From Phoronis australis (lineage: Eukaryota; Animalia; Phoronida), in contig NMRA01000392.1 in assembly GCA_002633005.1 (NCBI GenBank), positions 142,510 to 187,673 on the forward strand: DNA of 45,164 nt. Reading direction: 5' to 3'. The position numbers were made by a program, and so were the translations under genes. Below the pieces are notes generated by a model, which saw only the letters and a program-made list of their open reading frames with translations, did no database searches and was not told where the DNA came from. This document shows, piece by piece, positions 35,054-45,164 of this stretch. How positions within the stretch are numbered: position 1 is the stretch's first letter; each line of letters starts with the position of its first letter.

Positions 35054-37703
35054 TGTTGGTAAATTTGTTTTTAATTCTATGTTTCTGTGGTGCTTTAAGC
35101 AACTGGTGTATAGGATGTGCTTGTATTATGAAGATTACTCACATTTTGCCCCTAGCCTATTGAGGAGACAATGACAATGCCTTTCCATTTTGCAAAGTAT
35201 GCCCTCTACTGGCCACTTTATGGTACCAATAAACAACCCTAGAAGGATACCGTATGCGGTGCAATTGTGGGCGCATTTCAACGCTCCGCGTTGCTCTTGT
35301 TAAAGGGTTTAAGAGTTTGTGCACTTCGATCGTGCATGCTGAGTAATACTAAACCAAATGCAAGATGCAGTATTTGAAATGGAATGAAAACGAGGGTGCA
35401 AATGAGCAATGGCAGTTCGAATCTGTATCTCGTCTCCAATGGCTACAAGCAGTAAGGCTACAAACAATGCAATATCTCACTTTAAAGTGGGAATGTGTTG
35501 AAAATTTTACGTCTTACTAAATGGCCATCGTAACTCAGTTTTCTACTTCTCTGCCGAGGAACCAATTGTAATAACGAGGGAACCATTTCCAATGCCCGGT
35601 AGCAAAAATGTACCCTCTTTATTAAGTCGTCACGAAAGTGCAGCCACCAAAACATACCAAAATCTTTTTGAAACACCTTTCCTACATGTGAATAATGTGT
35701 TTAAAGTTAAGTGAGAAAATCAGCCATTTTCAAATTGAAAAATAAATTAATTTTGCCACAACGATGACCAGACTTAAGACGTATCAGTTCAGTCATTCTG
35801 TTGGTGACCCAAAACATTGCAAGAGAATGTTTTTATTACATAAATAGTAGGCCTACCCCACTACACCACTTAATTTGAAAAACATTTTCACAGAAATTGA
35901 AGTGGCGGAAGTTGTCATTGGGGACTTTAGTAGATGCCGGATGTAACTCGACAATGGAATGCAATGGAGTAAAAATTCAAAAACTTTTACCCATATTTAA
36001 CAGGTGAAGAAGTCGATTGAAAATAAAATTCAATGGTTGTGGTGATGCCTACCCGGGGGGAGGGGCAGAGGGAAAAAGAGAGAAAGCCCTTTTTATAGCA
36101 AAAATATACATGCGAGTACATGTACTTACGCATATAAGTATTAAAACCTCAGCATTGCAGGTTTGTTATTGGTTCTTGCATACCTGATTTAGTTAAGTTT
36201 GTTGTCAGATGTCGCTTATTCTTTATGCGTTACGTAGTATATTCGCTGTTTTTTATGATGACGACAGGTGATTGCCGAATGTAAAGGTGATTTAATCGAG
36301 TTTGTTGTAATGCTTATGTTGTATTTTGGGCACATGCTTCACTCTATTGATCTGAATGATCGGTGACTTTTTCGCTCTTGCGAAAAAAATTGCAAGCGAC
36401 TAGAACAAGCCCACAATCTGAGGTATATCAAGCGATATAGTATATACATGTATAGATACGTGCACATTTATACATAACAAACACCATGGTGACATGTAAA
36501 GGAGGGATATACATGTACCACTGCACTCTTGTATGATATTGTCCGTGAGTGTTGGACTACTCTTTTACATTCTATATCGATTTTTATGAAAACGGAAACA
36601 AAAATGATGAAGCAGAGAAATTCACACTGTTTATGACCCAGTTATCAAATATGCCGGTTGTTGTCTTCAATAACTAGTCAAATTTTTATCGGTTATTTTC
36701 AGAGCTTTTGGTCTTCGACAGTGGCAGTTTTGAAAATCAGATTTTCTCCAGCGGGTGGATCGATTCGCAGAAAATCGGCAATAAAATGACGGTTTGGGGT
36801 TTTTTTAAAGACACTCATTTGAATGCACACTGAGTGCAGAATTTTCTGTTTTTCAACTGCTCACTACATTGTTAAGAGTGCTCAATCGTTCATCAGGTGC
36901 TTGTTGATGACAGCTGTACGTATAATAAAACAAAATTTTGTTCCGGTTTCTTTTCGTTGAAAATTTTGCACCATATTGTGTTCTAAATTGAAAGAAATTT
37001 TGCTCAATAACTTAGATCTTACTGCTAACAAAAATAGAAATACAACAAAATTACAAAACTACATGTAGAGTAAAATGTTGCCACGGCTACAAGCTGTGTG
37101 ACTATTTCTTTGAAAACAAAGAGCATGATTTTTAGTGTAATAAACAATGTATGCACGCGAACATAAAATATTAAAATCCATTAATAAAATAACTATTATG
37201 TCGGGCGGTAGGAGTTAAAAGTGAATCTATTTTGAAGCAGAAAGAGTCGCTCAGTTATATATATAATACATTGTGGTAATCCTTGTAATTTTAGACAACC
37301 TGGTTCGTCTAATTTTCTCTTGCATGTTGAGTTTGTCTACTTCTATCGTAGATAGTTTAAAAGATTAAATAAAAGCGAAGGGTAGTGTTGTAGTCAAACC
37401 ACAAAATACATTTAGAACATTTAAATATACATGGCTTTCGTATCAAACACTCAGCGAAAACTACAATGGGAGTAATTGTATACGTTAAAGAAGAGATTAT
37501 AATTTTGAAAACACAGTGAATGGAGAATCTACATAATATTCTTATTTGATAGTCTAAAGTTACTATGGTTGTGTGTGTACCATTAGAACTTTTGTATATT
37601 GAGGATGCGTGAACACCGTTTTTGAGAATGATAGTCTAGATGTTTTTGTCATTTGCACCTATAATAAAATGCAGTTGTTGATCTATCCAGGAAAGTTTAT
37701 TGC

Positions 37704-38314
37704 AATCTAATTAAACCTGGCCTGCTGGACAATAGTCACAAAAGTATACTCCATAAACCGGTTAGGACATCATGTACAGCAAATACATGTAATTGTACTT
37801 GTCCATCCTAAGGATAAACAAAGTAAAGAGCCTGTTGTGGAATTGTATGTGGAATTGAGGTGATTCAGGATGCAGGAGAGAAATGCGAGGCGATGTATGC
37901 AGGAGAAACAGAACAACCATTAAATGTGCATGTACGAACATAGGACTGCTGGTGAGGGTGTGTCGTCTGTTGTTTTTAATTACCTGCAGGACACAGGTCA
38001 CGAATTTAAAAATAACAATGTCAAGATCCTGCACAGAGAAAATAAAGTTTTCAGAGAGGTGTTCGGGACGCTGTGTTAATCAAATCACTCATTTCCTCAC
38101 TGAACAAACAAGATAGAGCTTGGTTCAAAGTGTCGTGTGCTTGGATTAAGAGTATACGTAAGGTTGGGTAAGGCGAGATCTCGTGAGAAAGCAGGAGAAA
38201 ACATTTCCCACCAATCTTCAGTACCATCTTCCATTTGAAGGAGGCGTGATGCCTCTAAGGTTCTAGGAGTTTAATTTTGTGAGTATTGTCCAGCAGACCA
38301 GATTTAATTCGATT
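37704..38314. mobile_element. About 610-bp element with about 49-bp terminal inverted repeats
   Basis: aatctaattaaacctggcctgctggacaatagtcacaaaagtatactcc versus the reverse complement of the right end, aatcgaattaaatctggtctgctggacaatactcacaaaattaaactcc. Confidence 0.8.
37752..38090 (+). pseudogene. Degenerate Penelope-like GIY-YIG endonuclease fragment
   Basis: HKPVRT..LVHPKDK..CGIVCGI..CEAMYAGETEQPL/MYEHR..SSVVFNYLQDTGHEFKNNNVKILHREN/RGVRDAVLIK. These are PLE linker and GIY-YIG motifs, frameshifted. Confidence 0.75.
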
Positions 38315-38988
38315 ACTGTTTACACCAATATATGTGTATGAAAGAGATAATTATGATAACGCGATTTTAAAACCCACAAACACATGCATTGAAAGCTGCA
38401 TTTCGACCTGTTCGGCTGGCTAAAACGAAAATCGACTTAGGTATTTTACTCTCGTAAAATGGGAAAGTAATATCCCTTACCGTGATGAGATTCTACCGTT
38501 ACAAACAAGAATAGTGAAGCCATCAGCCACCCAAGAAAACGATTCAGAGTTTATTGGGGTTGGTCAACCCTAAAATTGTAAATTCGGAAATGGAGCATGT
38601 TAGCATTGCCTGTGACTTGAGTTGGATCCTATCACGGAAAGGAAAATTATGAGACCGACTTCATGAGATTTTAGTTTTTCAGTCACCTAAACAGGGCGAG
38701 ATGCAGCTTTACAAAGTTTCACTGAGAAGACGAAGTTAGTTCGCATTACCAAGTCTAGCTCAGTGCATGAAATTTTTTTTCGTCTTTAGTACACTCATTC
38801 CCAATAACTCAAATAATGTAGTCTTAAAAATAAACAGACACACACCACGTATTCACTGCGTGGATAAAGTTCAACCATCTGTCTATAACTCTAAGAAGGT
38901 GAAAAATATATTGCTTTGGTGGTAAGGCACTGTCTTAAAACATTCGTGAAAGCACGAATAGATAGTGAAGCGCCCCCCGCCCCCCTCC

Positions 38989-39772
38989 NNNNNNNNNNNN
39001 NNNNNNNNNNNNNNNNNNNNNNNNNNNNNNNNNNNNNNNNNNNNNNNNNNNNNNNNNNNNNNNNNNNNNNNNNNNNNNNNNNNNNNNNNNNNNNNNNNNN
39101 NNNNNNNNNNNNNNNNNNNNNNNNNNNNNNNNNNNNNNNNNNNNNNNNNNNNNNNNNNNNNNNNNNNNNNNNNNNNNNNNNNNNNNNNNNNNNNNNNNNN
39201 NNNNNNNNNNNNNNNNNNNNNNNNNNNNNNNNNNNNNNNNNNNNNNNNNNNNNNNNNNNNNNNNNNNNNNNNNNNNNNNNNNNNNNNNNNNNNNNNNNNN
39301 NNNNNNNNNNNNNNNNNNNNNNNNNNNNNNNNNNNNNNNNNNNNNNNNNNNNNNNNNNNNNNNNNNNNNNNNNNNNNNNNNNNNNNNNNNNNNNNNNNNN
39401 NNNNNNNNNNNNNNNNNNNNNNNNNNNNNNNNNNNNNNNNNNNNNNNNNNNNNNNNNNNNNNNNNNNNNNNNNNNNNNNNNNNNNNNNNNNNNNNNNNNN
39501 NNNNNNNNNNNNNNNNNNNNNNNNNNNNNNNNNNNNNNNNNNNNNNNNNNNNNNNNNNNNNNNNNNNNNNNNNNNNNNNNNNNNNNNNNNNNNNNNNNNN
39601 NNNNNNNNNNNNNNNNNNNNNNNNNNNNNNNNNNNNNNNNNNNNNNNNNNNNNNNNNNNNNNNNNNNNNNNNNNNNNNNNNNNNNNNNNNNNNNNNNNNN
39701 NNNNNNNNNNNNNNNNNNNNNNNNNNNNNNNNNNNNNNNNNNNNNNNNNNNNNNNNNNNNNNNNNNNNNNNN
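38989..39772. other. Assembly gap
   Basis: Run of N. Confidence 1.
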
Positions 39773-40048
39773 TCAACGATTGAATAACAAGGCCGACTAT
39801 GGCGGGCTAGGCTAAGCATATTTTACTGGGTGTAATTAACTCTGGTAATTACATATTATCATATTGGAACTGTAGTGGCAGTCTCATTTAAATGCTTGCC
39901 CATCGCACTCGTGGTTACAGATTATCTCGAATGTAGCTAGTAACCATACGTATTCCTCTTCTGAACTCATTTTAAAAGAAATATAATATAAATGTTTACA
40001 TACATATAATTCACTGATTATTTCGATTCGTATATGTTCATTGCATTT

Positions 40049-40098
40049 ATTGTCTGATGATGAGACAAACAGTCTCGAAATACAGCTTGTGTTGTAAT
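40049..40098 (+). ncRNA. Type I hammerhead ribozyme motif (Penelope-like pLTR)
   Basis: attgt-CTGATGA-t-GAGAC(aaaca)GTCTC-GAAA-taca(gct)tgt-GTT-gtaat. Intact core, perfect 5-bp stem II, and foldable stems I and III with G-U pairs. Confidence 0.6.
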
Positions 40099-40117
40099 TT
40101 GTTTGTTTGTTGCATGT

Positions 40118-40275
40118 ATGTCTCTTGGCGTTTTTCTACATAGCTGCACACCTGAAGAAAGGAGATTGTTTCGACACTGCGAGCGACTATGTATCAAGCT
40201 TTCAAACAAAACGTTTAGTCGTGTTTTCAACGAAGTTTGTGTTAACGAAGGGCTCCTACCAAACTACACCGATAC
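40118..40275 (+). mobile_element. Truncated N-terminus of a Penelope-like element ORF
   Basis: MSLGVFLHSCTPEERRLFRHCERLCIKLSNKTFSRVFNEVCVNEGLLPNYT resembles the R..E....K.....FN..C....LLP.Y N-terminal motif of PLE proteins. It lies directly after the hammerhead motif. Confidence 0.6.
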
Positions 40276-41007
40276 ATATAATTACATATATATATAAATA
40301 CTGAGGGAGCTGCACATATCAATAATGATTTTGTCCTCTTTTCCGACCTGAATTGCTACTGCAAAGATGGCGTATTTAGTTCGTGGGAGAGAGCATTCTG
40401 AATAAACAAGAAATGTTCAACTTGGTTTACCTCGTGAGTTTGTAATTATAACCTCTTCTGTGCAAATAAGCTAAATCCCTGCAAGGCAACCTCCTGGGTG
40501 ATAGAAATACCACCCCTGTCAACATGATTGAAATGCAATTTTCCAAAGAATAACGAATATACTTTGCTCTCACGAGATCACGTGCACAAGCCAACTCAGC
40601 TTTTATACTATCATATTCAAGTATTCAAGCAGCACAAATTGAAACTTTTTTATCTTAACACATTCACAGAGACGTCAGTTATCATAAAAACGCGATAAGA
40701 GAGAAACACGGCGATTTAAATGCTATCCAGAGTGATGGATCGTGTGCTGGTAGGGTGCGGATATTTCTAGTGAAATTTTATTTTTAACACAAATATCGTT
40801 TACTATTTTGAAGCAATCATAAATCAAATGTATATGATTCGGACGGGCATATCATCAAGCTGAGCACGGGGCGTAGGTCTCTCTGTACACGGTAGGTCGT
40901 CAAAAAGCACAGTTAATTTTGATTTTAATGAAAACGTTTTGGCGCTAATTTGTGTTCTGTCGTTTTGACCTAAAACAAGAATTTACAAACTGCATATTAT
41001 ATTCTAG

Positions 41008-41136
41008 AGTAACGAGTTATTCTATGTGAACTACAGGAGCATAGAAGACTACATCTTTCTTACCAGAAATCTTTCAATTAACATCACGGGTAAAATAGTC
41101 ATCGCCAGGTATGGAAAGATTATCAGAAGCAATAAG
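41008..41136 (+). CDS. Paralog exon equivalent to exon 4
   Basis: [43 protein letters not shown]; ctag| ... AAG|gtacgt. Confidence 0.7.
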
Positions 41137-42636
41137 GTACGTTTTTAGGAAGTTTTTTTCTCAATTTTGTTTTGATCTTGTGCCTACGTAAGTAACTCCA
41201 AACGCCTCAAAAGGGAGTTTGGTGATAACTTTTTTACGTTGTAGCAATGTCAAACAACCAAAATTTATTACTATGGCTGGCACGTAGTGACATTTATATC
41301 ACTATGTGCTAGTCGCAACAATTCCATCCACTTAATACAGGAAATGTCAAGTGGGGAACCAGTACTTCTTCCTGTTATGACTGTTCGCCCAATACTTTGT
41401 GACACTTAGATTTTTATCTTTTAGGACTTTATCTACTAGTGTATTTAGCCAAATATCTACTTAAGGAGGTCAAAGTTTACATTTTCTGAAAGTAGAAAGC
41501 CGATAGAACTTGGTAATTGACTTTATACTATGTCTTTTTAGTAAAATTTACGGAAAAAGACAGGTCCATCCAATGTGAAACAACGGTGCCAATAACACGA
41601 CCAAAGTTCATTTGACATAAATGCTCAATAACACTGTCACAGTTTTTTAAATTACCATCCCATTTATCATATTTTGAGATATTAAATGAAAATCATTAAA
41701 TGTAATACTTCTTGTGCAAAAGTGGGACATTTTAAAAACAATTCTTAATAAACTGTCGAAGAACAATGCACAATGCTTGATATTTGAAATTTTTTAATGG
41801 ACCCAAGTTTTGGACATTTTTCCATGGTCCTACATAAAAAATAATTGAAGGCAGCCTGACAAACGTTGTGTCAGACGTGCGCAGGCCGCGCATGTGGGCC
41901 CATTGCACTGATCATGGTCTTACGTAAGCGTAAATGTTGTTTTTGATAATAAGACCAAAGTCAGTATAACATTGATCATACTACTCGCAAACAAGTGGTA
42001 TTCTAATCCAAGAATATCAGTCACTTGACACAACAACGACCATTCCTTGTAGGTTTAAAGCAGATCAGTTGTTGTTTGGGCTCTTCGGTTAAGAAAGGGA
42101 CATATGTTTAAAGTGACAGCTATAATCTTCCAATTTGCCATTGAAATTCTCAGCAAATTGATGATTTTTTCCAGACCCCAAGTAAAAAAGTACTCGACAC
42201 AACTGACACATCAGTATTTTCTTGTAATAAAGATAGCGAGGATTTCCACAAAATTGCATGTTAATGTGGGCTCTTTCGGAATTCTCCGGAAGAAGTTTTT
42301 CTTTTTGATTTTAGTTAAATGCGCAAAGGTTCTAGACGTTGCGGAAATAAACTGTGTAGGATGCTTGCACCCAGCCTTCAGCATGGGGGCTCGAATTTCT
42401 GGCGATGCGGACCTTTTGCGGACAAAAAAGCTGGAAGACTAAAAAACGGAGTACCACCTTCACTGTGCGTCTGCGCCTTTTTTTAGTGGACTCTTGCCTC
42501 GTTTTCTCGGACTTTTTGTTTCTCTGAGGCGGACCTTTTTGCCCACTTCGCTAAATGAGGTGCTCGTTCGAGCCCTCCGAGTCGCCCCCCCCCCCGGGTG
42601 CGCGCATGTGTAAAAATGATGCCTGTGTAATGTTAG

Positions 42637-42820
42637 ATACGTAACGCGGACATATACGGCGCAGCTGGAATGCTGCTGTTCTCAGACCCCAAAGATTACG
42701 CCCCTTACCCTAATGCAGAGGTGTTCCCCAAGTCATGGTGGCTCCCTGGTACTGGAGTACAACGAGACACGGCAATGATTGGGGATGGTGACCCGCAAAC
42801 GCCTGGATACCCATCTACAG
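42637..42820 (+). CDS. Paralog exon equivalent to exon 5
   Basis: [61 protein letters not shown]; ttag| ... G|gtaatt. Confidence 0.7.
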
Positions 42821-43451
42821 GTAATTGAAATAGTGACAAAAGAAAATGTGAACATATTGAATGTCATCAATGAGAGTCTGTGATGGTGACGATGATGGAG
42901 AATAAAGAAGGCTAGGCGCCATATTGACGATAGAGATGTGATGATCGATGGCGACTTTCACCGCTATTATTGTCATCACTGCCATCTTTTTGTCATCACA
43001 CAGGTGCATTTTCGCGACCACTATTTCGAAGAACAAACATTTGGGTAGGCAGCGGGAGGTACACGCACAGTATCATCACCGTGGCTAGTCATTAGCCACT
43101 TATCAACTTAATGTTCCTCATTACAATGGTGGGGGTAATGACGGCTACGACGACAATGATGATGCTAGGCAATACATCGCCTGTGGACGCCAAAGGCGTC
43201 GAGGGGATGACACTGGAATGGGAATGTTCAAATTTTGGTCGATAAAGTAAAAAATACTCAACAACACGTATGGAAACAGTTGCCTGTGAGCTCTGAGGTT
43301 TTCAGTATATTTTTATTGGATAGTTACCTCCGGCTCCCGGAGCTATCTGTCAGTTGGTAATTCACGTGAGCGCTGTCAGCCTAGTATGGCAAAGCTAGGC
43401 TGATGAATCAGCTAAGATATGCTAGATTGATAATCTCTCTTGTTGCTTCAG

Positions 43452-43645
43452 ATTATGCGTACAGATACGATGTCAACAGTAAAGAAGTGCAAGACAAGCT
43501 GCCACAGATCCCTTGTCATCCTATTGGATATGACGATGCTAGATTTTTCTTGGATAGTATGACTGGAAGTGAAGTCAGAGAAAGGTGGAGAGGTAACCTC
43601 AATGTTACTTACAGATATGGTGGTGTTCTCAAGGACGGTCGTTAA
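43452..43645 (+). CDS. Paralog exon equivalent to exon 6, ending in a stop
   Basis: [63 protein letters not shown]. Confidence 0.7.
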
Positions 43646-44029
43646 GTCTACGTCACTTTTTCTTTTACATGTACATATGTTTATCTACGTGTATAACACA
43701 AGTTGTTAGGTTTGTTGCACAAGCACACTCACACTAACACATAGGAGTCCATTTCTTGTTAAAATTAGAATATTCGCAATTTTTGTAGAATTTGTATTTT
43801 CTGTTTTATAATACTCAAAAATCTTTTTTTCAAATATTCAACACAAGGCTTAATATTCCTCAATCTTCGGCGATATATACAGTATTTACCAAGGATTAAT
43901 AGTAAAATCAGTATATATGAGTATGAAAGATTGCTGCAGATAATATCCTGACATGAGAGATCTATGGATAAGTTTACTTTTTTCAACAAAGAAGACCAAA
44001 AGGGACACACGAATTCACACGACCAGCTA

Positions 44030-44640
44030 AGATGGATACGCCTCAGGTTCTTTTCCACAAAGGATATCGTTATTAGCGTTAGGCGTTTGTTGTCGAGGCT
44101 AGGGCTCGTGCGTCGTAACAATTATTCAGGCATTGATGATGAGATTGGTTTTATAGACCGACAAATATCGATACCAGGCCCACAACATGGTTATAGATTC
44201 ATGCACCACAAAAATGTCACTAATGGCTTAATGATGAAACGAGAAACTGTGCGCATCATTCTTTTTGCTGTCGATCCATATGGTGTGGCAATGCGACGCG
44301 GCGACGCGCCAGAAGACAGTTTATGTACAGCGACACACTGAGGAGCATAGGGATCTAGAGAACCTGATATAATTATGTCAGGATCTCGAGAAACGCAGCA
44401 CTGAAAGAAGTGGGGGCTATAGCTCCCCCAGCCCCTTAAATGGTGCACTGCCCGTGTAACCATGGAGGTGAAGCACTGAAATAAGTAGGAGGCTATTGCC
44501 CCCCTCCCAGCCCCCTATGATTCGCCTCCCATGAGATAGCCAGATAATTAAGTCGGGATCTCGGGATAATTAAGTCGGGATGTCGAAATCCTGAGATGAT
44601 TAAAAAAGAAACGCGCGATGTCATCTTTGGGCCATCACAT
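44030..44640 (+). mobile_element. IS3EU-like transposase N-terminal fragment plus probable 3' terminus, interrupted by short MITEs
   Basis: IVISVRRLLSRLGLVRRNNYSGIDDEIGFIDRQISIPGPQHGYRFMH..NGLMMKRETVRIILFAVDPYGVAMRR, matching the HGYR.M..TVR..L..DP.GV..R motif I recall for IS3EU. Subterminal gataattaagtcgggat repeats at 44540-44600. The MITE at 44460-44533 matches 20686-20770. Confidence 0.65.
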
Positions 44641-45164
44641 GTAGCTAATGGGTCAAGGAAATAAAAATTTTCTAGTTTCGTGTGAAAGATTTCGTGTTTG
44701 TGGACAAAGTAAGATGTTGCGATGATCGAGGATTTTATGGATCTGCTGTTACCACTTTAAAAGTTATTTATCGTAATCTATTTTGCCCGGGGTACGCCAC
44801 GAGCTATGTTGCAGAGTAAAACAAGAGGAGGATTGCGAATATTGTCATTTATTATGACGTAATAGATAAAACTAACTAAGACTCTGCAAGATGGGCATGC
44901 AAAAAACGCCCACAGGCATGTACAATGAATAGCCCTGCAAGAGGGAACAAAACAAAAAAAACTGCCTGAAGGGCTTAAAGGAAAAGTACAGAACATGAAA
45001 ACAAAACTTGAAAAAAAACCTAACAGGAAATGTATACGAGCAAAGAGAAAGTGGAACCGACACCCGGGATGGGGGGTGGGGAAAAAATGAAGAGAACGAA
45101 CGTAGGTCTTGTAGATGACGAGGTAGGTGGCTGAATGAGAGACCACGTTGAACAGAACAAAGGA

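Larger units (their letters stand above)
41008..43645 (+). pseudogene. Partial tandem paralog of the M28B peptidase (exons 4-6 equivalents), truncated
   Basis: join(41008..41136,42637..42820,43452..43645). Exon sizes and phases equal exons 4-6 and there are no internal stops or indels. The last donor is TT instead of GT, giving CGT TAA. Confidence 0.8.

Noticed and set aside
43641-43646. Alternative donor C|GTTAAG rescuing the paralog
   Set aside because: One base upstream of the ancestral site, so it would shift the frame relative to an exon 7 homolog; weak consensus.
44778-45146. Hydrophobic 122-aa minus-strand ORF
   Set aside because: Low-complexity complement of an A-rich tract with no recognisable family motif.

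Overview
Intron-rich, AT-rich eukaryotic (animal, probably marine invertebrate; species cannot be determined from the sequence) genomic DNA with three N-gaps. The main feature is one complete + strand gene of peptidase family M28B (glutamate carboxypeptidase II / NAALADase-like). I reconstructed 16 GT-AG coding exons (5739..33079) with consistent phases, giving 2247 nt and 748 aa: a type II membrane anchor, PA/apical domain, all Zn ligands and a C-terminal dimerisation domain. The S1 arginine patch and the S1' Lys/Asn residues typical of GCPII are replaced. Downstream (41008..43645) is a partial tandem paralog of exons 4-6 (PA domain region), whose last splice donor has mutated so that the frame ends in an immediate stop. 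Introns and flanks hold many transposon relics: Academ-like, IS3EU-like, Gypsy and THAP fragments, Penelope-like pieces with hammerhead-ribozyme motifs, nested MITEs, HINE/Helentron-like elements and a tRNA-centred foldback. I found no convincing novel multi-gene system. The best leads are the altered-specificity peptidase with its truncated paralog, and the Penelope/hammerhead and TE-capture structures. All calls come from manual reading; no database searches were run.
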